A stretch of 64,000 bases of DNA from the NCBI GenBank assembly GCA_963824845.1, contig CAWGRB010000010.1:7091-71090 (forward strand), given 5' to 3'. This document shows, in pieces, positions 1 through 14,603 of the stretch. The notes beneath the pieces are model-generated. The model had not been told where the DNA came from, made no database searches, and saw only the letters and a list, made by a program, of their open reading frames with translations. Source of the DNA: an uncultured Alphaproteobacteria bacterium. Its GTDB lineage: Bacteria; Pseudomonadota; Alphaproteobacteria; Sphingomonadales; Sphingomonadaceae. Position 1 is the first letter of the stretch. Each line of letters begins with the position of its first letter. A program made the position numbers and the translations under genes.

Positions 1-282
1 AGGGCACGTCCTGTCGGAGTGCCACAGGATCTCGGGATTGATGAAGACGCGCGGGTTCTTGACCGGCTCGCCGTCCTCTTCCTCCGGCTCCTGAAGGTCG
101 ATGACCAGCAGCCGGATCGGCACGCCGACCTGGATCGCGGCAAGGCCGATGCCGGGCGCTTCGTACATCGTCTCGAACATGTCGGCGACGAGCGTCTTCA
201 GCGTCCTCGTCGAAGGTCTCGACCGGCTTGGAGATCTCGCGCAGGCGCGGATCGGGGACTCGAGGATGCGGCGGATGGCCAT
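1..282 (-). CDS. def: peptide deformylase (5' part, runs off window edge; frameshifted)
   Basis: Minus-strand reading MAIRRILE...[41 protein letters not shown] contains PDF motif 1 (GIGLAAxQ). Confidence 0.9.
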   Translation of the reverse strand, partial: MAIRRILESPIRACARSPSRSRPSTRTLKTLVADMFETMYEAPGIGLAAIQVGVPIRLLVIDLQEPEEEDGEPVKNPRVFINPEILWHSDRTCP

Positions 283-291
283 GGAGCGAAT

Positions 292-915
292 TTAGTCTTT
301 CAACGCCAGTGGCTTCAAGCGATCGGGACGGCGCGCGCGCAGGGCCTGGGCAAGCGTGCCTTCGTCGAGATAGTCGAGCTCGCCGCCGACCGGAAGTCCG
401 TGCGCCAACTGGCTGAGGCGAATGGGAAATCCTTCGAGCCGCTCGGCGAGATAGTGAGCGGTGGTCTGGCCTTCCAGGGTCGCGTTCATGGCCAGGACGA
501 CCTCGTCGATACCGCCCTGCGGACACGCGGCGAACGAGCTGGTCGATCGTGAGGTCCTCCGGGCCGCACGCCGTCGAGCGCGGACAGGCGGCCGCCGAGC
601 ACGTGGTAGCGGCCGGGGAACAGCCGCGAGCGGTCGAGCGCCCAGAGGTCGGCGACTTCCTCGACCACGCACAGCGACTTGTCGTCGCGCCGCGGGTCGC
701 GGCAGATCGCGCACGGGTCGGAGGTGTCGACATTGCCGCAGATCGAGCAGGTCGAGAGCTTGTCGGCGACGTTCTGGAGCGCGGTGAGGAGCGGCTGGAG
801 CGCCGTCTCGCGCCGCTTCATCAGGTGCAGCACGGCGCGGCGCGCCGAGCGCGGCCCGAGGCCGGGCAGGCGCGCGAGCGCCTGGCTGAAGCGCTTCGAT
901 TTCCTGACTGGCCAT
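292..915 (-). CDS. recR: recombination mediator RecR (frameshifted)
   Basis: Fragments [21 protein letters not shown] zinc finger, [46 protein letters not shown]. Confidence 0.95.
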   Translation of the reverse strand: MASQEIEALQPGARAPARPRAALGAPRRAAPDEAARDGAPAAPHRAPERRRQALDLLDLRQCRHLRPVRDLPRPAARRQVAVRGRGSRRPLGARPLAAVPRPLPRARRPPVRARRRAARRTSRSTSSFAACPQGGIDEVVLAMNATLEGQTTAHYLAERLEGFPIRLSQLAHGLPVGGELDYLDEGTLAQALRARRPDRLKPLALKD

Positions 916-973
916 CTTGCGCACTCCGAGGTGAGCGCGAATCCCGACGCGCTTTCGCCATAGGTGCGGCGCC

Positions 974-1884
974 ATGCGCATCGTCTTCATGGGATCGCCG
1001 GACTTCGCGGTGCCGAGCCTCAATGCGCTGGTCGAGGCCGGGCACGAGGTCGTCGCGGTCTATTCGCAGCCGCCCCGGCCGGCCGGCCGCGGCAAGGCCG
1101 AGCGCAAGACCGCGGTGCACGAGCGCGCCGAGCAGCTCGGGATCGAGGTGCGGACGCCGCGGACGCTGCGCGATGCGGAGGAGCAGGGGCGGTTTCGCGG
1201 CGCTCGACGCCGACTTGGCGGTCGTCGCGGCCTACGGGCTGATCCTGCCCAAGCCGATCCTCGATGCGCCCAAGGCGGGCTGCGTCAACGTCCATGCCTC
1301 GCTGCTGCCCGCGCTGGCGCGGCGCGGCGCCGATCCAGCGCGCGATCCTCGCCGGCGACGAGATCAGCGGAGTCACCATCATGCGGATGGACGAAGGGCT
1401 CGACACCGGGCCCGATGCTGCTCAAGCGCGAGCTCGATATTCGCGGCAAGAATGCCGGGCAAGTCACGGAAGAAATGGCGAAACTCGGCGCGGATGCGCT
1501 GGTCGAATGGCTCGCGCATCCGACCCCGCCGCAGCCGCAGCCGGACGATGGCGCGACCTATGCGTCGAAGATCGACAAGGCCGAGGCGCGGATCGACTGG
1601 AGCCGAGCCGGCCGAGGAGATCGAACGGCAGGTGCGGGCGTTCGCGCCCGCTGCCGGGCGCCTGGTTCGAGGCTGATGGCGAGCGGATCAAGCTGCTCGA
1701 CGCGGCAGTCGGCTGACGACGCTGCGGGCAAGCCCGGCGAAGTGCTCGACGATTGCCTGACCGTCGCTTGCGGCGACGGGCTACATCCGGCCGCTGCAGG
1801 TGCAGCGGGCCGGGCGCGGGCCGATGAGCGCCGGGCGAACTGCTGCGCGGCTTTCCGATCCCCAAGGGCACGATCCTGCCGTGA
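974..1884 (+). CDS. fmt: methionyl-tRNA formyltransferase (frameshifted)
   Basis: [64 protein letters not shown]. Confidence 0.95.
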
Positions 1885-2655
1885 CCCGCTGGCGGCTGAC
1901 GATCGAATATGACGGCGGCCCGTTCATGGGCTGGCAGCGGCAGGACCATGGCCCGTCGGTCCAGCAGACGCTGGAGGAGGCGCTGGAGCGGATGACCGGC
2001 GAGCGCGCGGCGTTCATCGCCGCCGGGCGCACCGATGCCGGAGTTCACGCGCTGGCGATGAGCGCGCATGTCGATGTCGCGCGAGCGCTGACGCCGCACC
2101 GGCTGCGCGAAGGGCTCAACGCGCTGGTTCGGCCGCAGCCCGATTTCGGTGCTGGAGGTCGAGCAGGTCGCCGACGACTGGCACGCGCGCTTCTCCTGCA
2201 TCGGGCGGCGCTATCTTTATCGGATCCTCAACCGCCGGCCGCCGCCGGCGCTCGACGCCGGGCGGGTGTGGCATATCGCCGTGCCGCTGGACGTCGAAGC
2301 GATGGCCGAGGGCGCGGCGCATCTCGTCGGACGTCATGACTTCACGACCTTCCGCTCGGCGCATTGCCAGTCGGACAGCCCGGTGAAGACGCTCGACCGG
2401 CTCGAGGTCAGCCGCGACGGCGAGGAAATCCACATCACCGCCGCGGCGCGGAGCTTCCTCCATCACCAGGTGCGGTCGATGGTCGGCTGCCTGGCGATGG
2501 TCGGGCGCGGGCAGTGGCGGCCGGCGGACATGAAGGCAAGGCGCTGGAGGCGCGCGACCGCTCGGCGCTCGGCTTCAACGCGCCTCCGCAAGGCTTGTAT
2601 TTCGTCGAGGCGATCTATGGGGACGCCGAAGGTCCGTCACGGGAACAATCCGTGA
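1881..2655 (+). CDS. truA: tRNA pseudouridine(38-40) synthase TruA (frameshifted)
   Basis: [51 protein letters not shown] start overlaps the fmt stop. Confidence 0.95.
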
Positions 2656-2726
2656 CGTCAGTCGAGTTCAGCTCCGCTGACCCCGCCGGATCGCCGACCG
2701 ACATAGCGCCGCTGGCCAGGCGTCGC

Positions 2727-3694
<968 letters not shown>

Positions 3695-3757
3695 GGCGTC
3701 CATTTAGGGGCGGTTTCCAGCCCCCGCAACGCCAGTCGCCAGGCTTCGAAGGCGCGG

Positions 3758-3908
3758 TCAGACGGCGCGGCGTCCCGCGACGAAGTGCCAGATCAGCACG
3801 ATGATGCCGATGATCAGCAGGATGTGGATGAGGCCGACCGCCAGCGTGAAGCACGGTGAAGCCGAGCGCCCACAGGATCAGCATGATGATGGCAATGGTC
3901 AAAAGCAT
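3758..3908 (-). CDS. small membrane protein, lmo0937/DUF5670-like (about 50 aa, frameshifted)
   Basis: MLLTIAIIMLILWALGFTVLH..GGLIHILLIIGIIVLIWHFVAGRRAV; GAGG Shine-Dalgarno upstream. Confidence 0.8.
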
Positions 3909-3924
3909 GAGACGGTCCTCGTTA

Positions 3925-5625
<1,701 letters not shown>

Positions 5626-5684
5626 TTAGGGGCCCACCCGCCGCTTGGGCAAGCGCCGATGCGAAAAAAATGTGGAGAACGTGG

Positions 5685-6095
5685 CTATTGCGCGGGCGGA
5701 ACGGTCGGCGCGCTCTGGTTGGATGGGCTGGTCTGGCTGGCCGGAGCAACCTGGTTGGCGGGCGCCGCCTGGTTGCCGGGTGCGGCCTGAGCCGGCTGCG
5801 GCTGGACCGGCGCCGTCTGCTGGACCGGCGCAACGGTGCCGGTCAGCGAGGTGTCGATGGTCGGCGCCTGCCGCGTCGCGCCCGCAATCGCCGCCATGAC
5901 GATCGACAGGACAATGAAGACGCCGCCGAGGATCGAGGTCGAGCGGGTCAGGAAGTCCGCCGCGCCGCGGGCGGTCATGAACCCGGACGAGCTTCCGCCG
6001 ACGCCGAGGCCGCCGCCTTCGGAGCGCTGCATCAGGATCACCCCGACAAGCGAAGCGGCAACGAGCGTTTGAACGATCAGCAGGAAGGCGAACAT
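5685..6095 (-). CDS. secG: preprotein translocase subunit SecG
   Basis: LVGVILMQRSEGGGLG...ARGAADFLTRST; position between tpiA and pyrG. Confidence 0.95.
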   Translation of the reverse strand: MFAFLLIVQTLVAASLVGVILMQRSEGGGLGVGGSSSGFMTARGAADFLTRSTSILGGVFIVLSIVMAAIAGATRQAPTIDTSLTGTVAPVQQTAPVQPQPAQAAPGNQAAPANQVAPASQTSPSNQSAPTVPPAQ

Positions 6096-6156
6096 CGGAG
6101 GCTTTCTGGTTGGAGGCGGCCGCCAATAGCGGCGGCCACCCCTCTATTCAATCGAT

Positions 6157-6699
6157 TCACTCACCGGTCGAAGATCCCGGCGAAGCGGCCGCCGACTGGG
6201 CAGCCTTGTCGAGCTCCGCCTGCACCTGCTGCTCGGTCAGGCCTATCGTCACCGTGCCATCGGCATTGCCGCGCACGCCTGCCCGCGCCAACTTCAGCTT
6301 CTTGTCCTGGGCAATGGTGACCGTCACCCAGTTCGCGTCGGCGCTTTCGATGGTGCCGACCACGGTTCCACCTGCCCCCTTGACCGTCGCTCCTGCCTTG
6401 ACCGAGGCATCGGCGGCGGCGAGCCCCTGCTCGATCTCGGCGTCGAGCTCCGCCTGGGTCATCGAGTAGAGGAGCTTGCCATTGGCGGGCGTGACGCTGT
6501 TCCTGGCGAGAAGCGCCTGATGCTTGTCGGTCTTGATGACGAGATTGTCGCCCTGGATAGCGGTGACCGTGCCGACCGGCTTGCCGGCGGTATCGGTGAC
6601 CTGCATGCCGACCGTTATCGCCTGTGCGAGTGCGGGCGCCGCCGGCAGTGCAAGAGCGGCAAGAGCGAATGCAATCCTGGACGTCATGTTCATCATCAC
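6157..6699 (-). CDS. secreted hypothetical protein with two PRC-barrel-like repeats
   Basis: Signal peptide (ALA-QA); two similar units VGMQVTDTAGKPVGTV...MTQAELDA and AGATVKGAGGTVVGTI...LTEQQVQA. Confidence 0.7.
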   Translation of the reverse strand: MMMNMTSRIAFALAALALPAAPALAQAITVGMQVTDTAGKPVGTVTAIQGDNLVIKTDKHQALLARNSVTPANGKLLYSMTQAELDAEIEQGLAAADASVKAGATVKGAGGTVVGTIESADANWVTVTIAQDKKLKLARAGVRGNADGTVTIGLTEQQVQAELDKAAQSAAASPGSSTGE

Positions 6700-6777
6700 C
6701 TCGTTGAAATTCCCTTTGCTGGAATGCGTGTCGATCAGTCCCTTACCACTGGCCGCCTGATCGTCGACTGAACGGCT

Positions 6778-7530
6778 TCAACCCTGCCCGGCCGCCGCAT
6801 CGATAATCGGGACAAAATCGGCGGCTTTCAAGCTCGCGCCGCCGACGAGAGCGCCGTCGACATACGGCGTTGCGAAGATCGCCCCGGCGTTCGAGGGGTT
6901 GACGGAGCCGCCATAAAGCAGACGAACTGCATCACCGGTCGGGCCAAGGCGGTCTGCAAGGCACTGCCGAAGCGCGGAGTGCATGTCCTCGATATCGTCG
7001 CAGGAGGCGACCTTGCCGGTGCCGATCGCCCAGATCGGCTCGTAGGCGATGGCAAGTGCCGCAGATCCCGTGCCCGTCACCGGAAGCGAGGCGGCAAGCT
7101 GCTCGGTGACGAAGGCGGGCGCTCGGCCGGCCTCGCGGACCTCGAGGCTCTCGCCGACGCAGAGGATCACGTCGAGGCCGCAGCCGAGCGCCATCTCGGC
7201 CTTGGCGCGGACGGCCTCGTTGCTTTCGCGGTGCGCATCGCGGCGCTCGGAATGGCCGACGATGGTGAGCGCCGCTCCGGCGTCAACGAGCATGCGGGCC
7301 GAGACGGAGCCGGTGTGGGCGCCCTTGTCGGCAGGGTGAACGTCCTGGCCGCCGATGGCGAAGCCGGGCGCCGCACGCACTGCGCGTTCGATCAGGACCG
7401 CCGGAACGCAGAGCGCGACATCGACTTCAGGACGGGCGCGAGCGGCGTCGGCAATCGCCCTGACCTGGTCGAGGTCCGACGAGACGCCGTGCATCTTCCA
7501 GTTGCCCGCGACGAATTTCCTGAGCGCCAT
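6778..7530 (-). CDS. tpiA: triose-phosphate isomerase
   Basis: AGNWKM, GHSERR, AYEPIWAIGTG, LYGGSV, LVGGASL. Confidence 0.98.
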   Translation of the reverse strand: MALRKFVAGNWKMHGVSSDLDQVRAIADAARARPEVDVALCVPAVLIERAVRAAPGFAIGGQDVHPADKGAHTGSVSARMLVDAGAALTIVGHSERRDAHRESNEAVRAKAEMALGCGLDVILCVGESLEVREAGRAPAFVTEQLAASLPVTGTGSAALAIAYEPIWAIGTGKVASCDDIEDMHSALRQCLADRLGPTGDAVRLLYGGSVNPSNAGAIFATPYVDGALVGGASLKAADFVPIIDAAAGQG

Positions 7531-7631
7531 TGGTCCGAATCCCCCTGGCGGGAAGCACTAGCGGCGCGGCTTGATGCATTCCAGCCTCACCCCTAAAGCG
7601 GCCGTTCCAGCCCATTCCAGTCGGGACAGCG

Positions 7632-9572
7632 ATGCTCTCCTTCTTCCGCCGTATTTCGAAGTCCAAGATCGGCACGTCCATCATCGCCGCCGTCGGTCTC
7701 GCCATCCTTGCCGGCTTCGCACTCAGTGACATTTCCAACTTCGGGTCGGGAACGCTCGGTTTCGGGCTCAGCAGCTCGACCCTTGCGGAAGTCGGAAGCG
7801 CGAAAGTGACCGACAACGAGATGAGCGACGCCATGCAGAAGCACCTGCAGGACGTGCGCCAGCAGAATCCGGAAGCGGATTATGCGGACATCGTCGGCGA
7901 CTTCGATGCGCTGCTCGACCAGTTGCTCGACCAGAAGGCGATCGCCGCGTTCACCGACAAGTTCGACTTCCCGATCTCCAAGCGCCTGATCGATGCCGAC
8001 ATCGCGCAGATCCCGGGCGTTCGCGGGCTGAACGGCAAGCCGAGCGTGCAGAGCTACGAGGCGTTCCTCGCCCGCGCCCGGCTGACCGATGCCGAGGTCC
8101 GCGACATCATCGCCGCCCAGATCGCCGCGCGCACGCTGATCCTTCCGGTCGCAACGCAGGCGCGGGTGCCGACGGGAGTCGCAAGCCAATATGCGGCGAT
8201 GCTTCTCGAGGCCCGCCAAGGGGAAGCGGCGGTGCTTCCGGTGACGCTGTTCACCGCGGGGCTCAAGCCGACCGATAGTGACGTCCAGAGCTTCTATTCG
8301 AGCCACAAGAAGAGCTACATGGTGCCGGACAGCGCTCGCTCCGGTTTGCGCTGATGACACCGGAGTCGATCCAGGCCGCGGCGCCGAGCGACCAGGAAAT
8401 CGCCGCTTATTACCAGGCCAACCAGGCGACCTACGGCGCCAACGAGACGCGGACGCTGAGCCAGGCGGTGGTTCCGGACCAGAAGACGGCGCAGGCGATC
8501 TACGATCGCCGCCAAGCGCGGCGCGACGATTGCAGCGGCAGCGGCGCCCGCGGGCAAGGCGGCGGCGGTCAGCACCATCACCGACAAGACCCGGGAGGAC
8601 TATGCGGGGATCGCCGGCGACCGTGCCGCCCTCGCGGCGTTCACCGGCGGCCAGGGCGACGTCATCGGCCCGATCGAATTCGACTTCGGCTGGATCGTGG
8701 CCAAGGTCGATTTGGTGAAGAAGGTTGCCGGCAAGACGCTTGCCGAGGCGCGTCCGGAAATCGTCACCAAGCTCACCGCCGACAAGAGCAAGACCGCCCT
8801 CGCCGATCTCTACAACAAGGCGCAGGACCTGCTCGATGGCGGCCACAATCTCACCGAGGTCGCGAGCAAACTGAACCTGCCGGTGACGACGACGCCGCTG
8901 GTGACGGCGGACGGAACGTCGCGCGCCGACCCGAATTTCAAGCTCGGGCCGAACCTCGCTCCGGTGGTCAAGGCCGGGTTCGACATCGCGCCCAGCGACG
9001 AGCCGGAGATTGCGACTCTGGCCAATGACGGCGGCTTCGCGATCGTCTCGCCAAATCAGGTCGTGCAGGCAGCGCCAGCCCCGCTCGCAAGCATTCGCGA
9101 CCGGGTTGCTAACGACTGGATCCAGAGCCAGGCCATGCTTCGTGCCCAGAAGGCCGCCGAGCAGATCGCGGCCAAGGCCGGGTCGGGCATGTCGGTCGCC
9201 GACGCCGTCAAGCAGAGCGGACTGAATGCGCCGGTGCAGCCGCTCTCGGCGCGGCGGATCCAGATCGCGCAGAGCAAGGGCCCGGTGGCGCCGGCGATCC
9301 GCACCCTGTTCACGCTGACCGCCGGCAAGAGCCGCGCCGTCCCCGACGAGCAGGGCCGCGGCTTCTTCGTCATCAAGGTCGACAAGATCACGCCGGGCAA
9401 CGCGCTGATGCAGCCGGGGCTGATCGGCGGCATGTCGCACGAGCTGCAGCGCGCGACCGAGGATGAATATGCGCGCCAGTTCCTGGCCGCCATCCGCGCC
9501 AATCTGAAGGTCAAGATGAATGCGGCCGCGATCACGGAGCTCAAGCACCGGTTGCTGACCGGCGGCAGCTAA
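7632..9572 (+). CDS. ppiD: PpiD/SurA-N-domain periplasmic chaperone (frameshifted)
   Basis: N-terminal TM anchor, AEVGSAKVT, GPIEFDFGWIVAKV rotamase-like segment; divergent from tpiA as usual in Alphaproteobacteria. Confidence 0.85.
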
Positions 9573-9594
9573 ACCTCCGACGCGCGGCAGCCGC

Positions 9595-9648
9595 TTGACT
9601 GCGCCTGCGACGTTGCCTACACGTTCCCCGTTCGTTCCGACCGGGAAC
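9595..9648 (+). promoter_or_regulatory. lexA promoter with alphaproteobacterial SOS box
   Basis: TTGACT-N17-TACACG overlapped by GTTC-N7-GTTC (9623-9637), followed by N7-GAAC (9645-9648). Confidence 0.85.
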
Positions 9649-9664
9649 AGGGGAGTGACGGCAC

Positions 9665-10326
9665 ATGCTGACCGCCAAGCAGCGCGAGCTGCTTGATGTT
9701 CATCCGCGAGCGCCTCGGCGAAGACGGCGTCTCGCCCAGTTTCGACGAGATGCGCGAGGCGCTCGACCTCAAGTCCAAGTCCGGTGTCCACCGGCTGATT
9801 TCGGCGCTCGAGGAACGCGGCTTCATCCGCCGCCTGCCGAACCGGGCGCGGGCGCTCGAAGTGCGTCAAGCTTCCGGAGAGCAGCGGAGCCGCGGCATCC
9901 GCAGCGGCGCCGGCTCAGCTGCGGCCGGTGCGGGCCGCGGCCAACGACACGATGGAAATCCCGCTGCACGGCCGGATCGCCGCCGGTACGCCGATCGAGG
10001 CGCTGCAGGGCACCGAAGTCTTTGCGGTCCCGGCGGCGCTGCTCGGGCCCGGCGAGCATTATGCGCTCGAGGTATCCGGCGATTCGATGGTCGACGAAGG
10101 CATTCTCGACGGCGACTTCGCGCTGATCCGAAAGGTCGACACGGCGCGCGAGGGTGAGATCGTCGTGGCGCTGATCAACAATGAGGAAGCGACGCTCAAG
10201 ACCTTCCGCCGCGAGGGCAACATGATCCGCCTCGATCCCGCCAACCGCAATTACGAGCCGCAGCGCTACCGTCCCGAGCAGGTCAACATCCAGGGCCGCC
10301 TCGCCGGCCTGATCCGACGGTACTGA
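9665..10326 (+). CDS. lexA: SOS repressor LexA (frameshifted)
   Basis: [32 protein letters not shown] cleavage site, GDSM, ATLK. Confidence 0.97.
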
Positions 10327-10330
10327 CGAC

Positions 10331-10677
10331 ATGGCGAAGGCCCGGATCGATTATGTCGAGCTTCCGAGCGCGACCGCGCATGAGCTGACCCGCGCCTTTT
10401 ATGCGAAGGCGTTCGGCTGGGAATTCACGAACTACGGGCCCGACTATTCCGCGACGACCACGGGCGATGTCGACGTCGGGCTCAACGGCCAGCCGGACGA
10501 GGCGCTCTCGGCGCCGCTGCCGGTGGTCCACGTCGACGACCTCGAGGCGGCATTCGACGCGGTGGCGAAGGCCGGAGGCACGATCGCCAAGCCGATCTTC
10601 GCCTTCCCGGGCGGTCGCCGGTTCCATTTCCTCGATCCGGCGGGCAGCGAGCTCGCCGTGTGGAGCGAGACTCCTAG
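10331..10677 (+). CDS. VOC/glyoxalase family protein
   Basis: IDYVELP, FYAKAFGW, FPGGRRFHFLDPAGSELAVW. As assembled the ORF reads on to 10792 into the convergent gene; the true stop is likely about 10677. Confidence 0.85.
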
Positions 10678-10680
10678 CGC

Positions 10681-10954
10681 TTATTCGGCCGTGGTCGGGT
10701 CGATGACGCTCCGCACCTGCGAGATGCGGTTGGCCGGGAAGCCGCCTTGCTCGGCATGGTCGCGGATCATCTGCTCGTTGGGCGCCCGGTAGATGCAGTA
10801 GATCTTGTCGTCGGTGACGTAGGAGTGGACCCACTGGATCTCGGGCCCGAGATCGCGAAGCACCGAGCAACTGGTCTCGCGACGCGCCCTTGAGGTCGTC
10901 GGCGCCAAGCGAGCCGACGCCGGGCATCTCACGCTCGATCACATATTCCGGCAT
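10681..10954 (-). CDS. DUF4242 family protein (frameshifted)
   Basis: MPEYVIEREMPGVG...IQWVHSYVTDDKIYCIYRAPNEQMIRDHA..GGFPANRISQV. Confidence 0.85.
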
Positions 10955-11007
10955 GACGAGTTCCCCTCTGCTGGAGGCGATCACCATAACCCAAATTGAC
11001 AGCGAGG

Positions 11008-13141
11008 TCAGTAGCGCCAGGGATGCTGCTCGACATGCTGCGGCGACGGTTTCGATGCGCGGCGAGGCGCCGAGATAGATCGCCATTCCGCCCGTTCGGG
11101 CAAGCGTGTCCTTGTCGAGCTTGAGCCAGCGCGGGGTACAGCCGCGCGGAAGCCAGCGGTCCGAGACCACGATGTCGGCGGTCTGCGCACGCGCCGGTCA
11201 GGGTCTTCCAGTCCATGTGGGTCGCTGATCCGCGTCGCAAGCAGCCGCCAGTCGCCGCGCGGCTTGCGGATAACGGCCGCGCAGCTGTCGCGCGTGCAGG
11301 CGCTGAACGGCGTCGAGCCGAGGTTGGCCGGGTCGCCCTCGAAACCGGACGCTTCCGCGAACAGCTGCCGCACATAATCGCCAGCCCCGTCGCGGAGGAG
11401 CAGCGGCGTGCCGTCGGCGCTGACAACGACAAGATGCCGGCCGTCGCCGGTCACGAGCACGTCGGGCGCCGGCGCGGCCCAGGCCGCAATTGCGCCGATC
11501 GCGACCGGAACGAGCCCGAGCAGGCGCAGCCGCGTCGTCCACAGGCAGAGCCACAGGCCACCGGCCAACATCAGCCCGAACGCCCAGCCGGGCATCGACG
11601 GCAGCATCGCAACGGCGCCCGGGTGCGGCAGCCGACCATGTGGGCGAGCCCGAGCAGCAGCTTGAGCGACAGGCCCGGTCAGCCACCACAGCGGCGCGCC
11701 GAGCCCGACGACGTCGAGCAGCAGCGCCCCCGCCTCCAGCGGCATGATCGCGAAGGTCGTCAGGGGAATGGCGATGATGTTCGCGGCGACCCCGTAGAGG
11801 CCCGCTGCGGTGGAAGTGGAACAGCGCCATCGGCATCAGCGCGAGCTCGACGGCGAGGCCGGTCAGGATGATCGCCGCCGAGCGCACGGAGCGGTCCGGC
11901 CGATGATCCCCTCCTCCCGCCGCTCGAACAGGCGGCGCGCCCACTGCGTCGAGTGCAGCGCGATGATCGCCGTCACCGCGCCGAAGCTCATCTGAAAGCT
12001 GGGCCCGGCGAGCGCTTCCGGGCGGAACAGGAGGACGGCGAGGGCGCCGACCGCGACCAGCCGCAGGCTGATCGCTTCTCGTCCCAGCGCAATTCCGAGC
12101 AGCACCAGCAACGCGGCGACGCAGCTGCGCACCGTCGGCACCTGCGCTCCGGTCAGCAGCGTGTAACCAATGCCGGCCGCGGCGGCGACGCCGGCGGAGA
12201 CGAGAACCAGGTTGAAGCGAAGCGCGAGCCGTTCGCTGAGCGCCAGCAGTTTGAGGCTGAGCAGCATCGCCGCGGCGACCACGGCGGCGATGTGGAGCCC
12301 GCTGACCGAGAGCAGGTGGGTGAGGCCGCTGCTGCGCATCGCCGCTGCGTCGGCATCGCTGACGCTGTTCTGGTCGCCGGTGACCAGCGCGACGGCGATG
12401 CCCGGCCTCGTCGGCGGGCAGGCTGGCGCGCACATGATCGCCGAGCCGCTGGCGAATCATGTCGAGCCCGGTCGGGGCGCGCGCCTCGACGCACCTCGAC
12501 CGGGCCGAGCGTCTTGCCGACCGCGCCGATCTGCCGGAACCAGGCATCCCGGGCGAAGTCATAGGTGCCGGGAAGCGCCATCGGCGGCGGCGGCGCGAGC
12601 CGGGCGCGCAGCTTGACCTTGCTTCCAGCGGCGAGCCCGGCGGGCGCCTTGTCCGCATCGATGGAGACCCGCACGCGGCGGGGCAGCGCTGCATCGTCCG
12701 GCGCCAGGGTAAGGCGAACCGATCCGCCGCGCGACGAGGCGTTCGACCATTTCGACACGGCCCTGCAACGGAAACGACCTCGGGCGATCCAGCCGCGCCT
12801 CGCCGACCAGATCGGCGCGCAGCCAGACGATCCCGCAGCCAATCGCCATCGCCAGGGCAGAACAGGCCAAGCGCGCGCCCTGCCCGCCCGCTGCCGGCAA
12901 GCAGGCCGGCGAGGAACAGCGCGGCGCCGAGGCAGATGACCGCCGCCCACTGCCGCGGCCCGCCGAAGGAGAACCATGCAGCAATGCCGGTGCCGAGGCC
13001 GACCACGAGCCACGGCGGAAGCTGGGCGCGCTCCGCCTCGAGCAGGCTTTCCAGCCGCTCGTTCCATGCGCTCAAACGCGCCTTCCAATAGCCCCGAGCC
13101 CGCTGTGGAAGAGGCGCACCCGCTATGTTAGGGGCGCTCAT
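11008..13141 (-). CDS. comEC: ComEC/Rec2 family competence protein (multiple frameshifts)
   Basis: [42 protein letters not shown]; divergent from gltX. Confidence 0.92.
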
Positions 13142-13179
13142 CCATTGCATTGCAGCATGCATCAGAAGGGAAAGTGCGC

Positions 13180-14603
13180 TTGAGCGCAAGCGATCATTCG
13201 CAAGTAGAAAGACCGGTCGTCACGAGGTTCGCGCCTTCTCCCACCGGCTTCCTGCACATCGGCGGCGCGCGGACGGCGCTATTCAACTGGCTATTCGCCC
13301 GCCACCACGGCGGCAAGTTCCTGCTGCGCATCGAAGATACCGACAAGGCGCGGTCCACGAACGCCGCGATCGCCGCGATCCTCGACGGGATGAACTGGCT
13401 CGGGCTCGATTGGGACGGGCACGAATATTACCAGTCGCAATTCTGGTCGCGGCACGCCGACATCGCTCATCGCCTGCTGGAGCGCGGCGCCGCCTACCGC
13501 TGCTACATGACGCAGGAGGACCTGGCGGCCCAGCGCGAGGCGGCGCAGCGCGAGCGCAAGCCGTTCCGCATCGACAGCCCGTGGCGCGAAGTCGCCGAAA
13601 GCCAGGGCGACAAGCCCTTCGTCATCCGCCTCAAGGCGCCGCGCGAGGGCGAGACGGTGATCGACGACCAGGTCCAGGGCCGCGTGACCGTCCAGAACGC
13701 CGAACTCGACGATTTCATCCTTCTGCGCTCGGACGGAACGCCGACCTACATGCTTGCAGTCGTGGTCGACGATCACGACATGGGGGTCACTCACGTGATC
13801 CGCGGCGACGACCATCTCAACAACGCCTTCCGGCAGCTCGCGATCATCCGCGCGATGGACTGGCCGGAGCCGACCTATGCCCATGTGCCGCTGATCCACG
13901 GGGCCGACGGCGCCAAGCTGTCGAAGCGGCACGGCGCGCTCGGCGTCGATTCCTACCGCGACGAGCTCGGCCTGCTGCCCGAAGCTGTGGTCAATTACCT
14001 GCTCCGGCTCGGCTGGGGCCATGGCGACGACGAGATCATCAGCCGTGAGCAGGCGGTCGAATGGTTCGACCTCGCCCATGTCGGCAAGTCGCCGTCGCGG
14101 TTCGATTTCAAGAAGCTGGAGAACCTCAACGGCCACTATATCCGCGAAGCCGGCGACGAGCGGCTGGCGGAGCTGGTCGCGCCGAGGCTCGGCCTGACGG
14201 ACGAGCAGAAGAGCGTGCTTCTGCGCGCGATGCCCGAGCTCAAGGCGCGCGCCCACACTGTCGACCAGCTTGCCGAGGGCGCCGCGTTCCTGTTCGCCGA
14301 GCGGCCGCTGCAGACTGGACGAGGCGGCGGCGGCATTGCTGACGGATGAAGCCCGCAAGGTGCTGAAAGCAGTCCACGAGGCGCTCGCCGGCCTCGACGA
14401 CTGGACCAAGGAAGCGACGGAGCAGGCGCTTCGCTCGGTTGCCGAGACGCGCGACGTCAAGCTCGGCAAGCTTGCGCAGCCGCTTGCGCGCCGCACTGAC
14501 CGGGCGGACCACCTCGCCCGGCATTTTTGACGTCCTCATATTGCTCGGTAAGGGCGAGAGCCTGAACCGCATCTCCGATCAGCTAGTGGAGCCGAATGAA
14601 TGA
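13180..14603 (+). CDS. gltX: glutamate--tRNA ligase (frameshifted near 3' end)
   Basis: [34 protein letters not shown]; start codon uncertain (13150 or 13180). Confidence 0.97.

Noticed and set aside
7593..9869. Long antisense ORFs (758 aa here; also 4033-5577, 26715-28316, 29043-30656)
   Set aside because: Shadow frames of GC-rich coding genes with no motifs.
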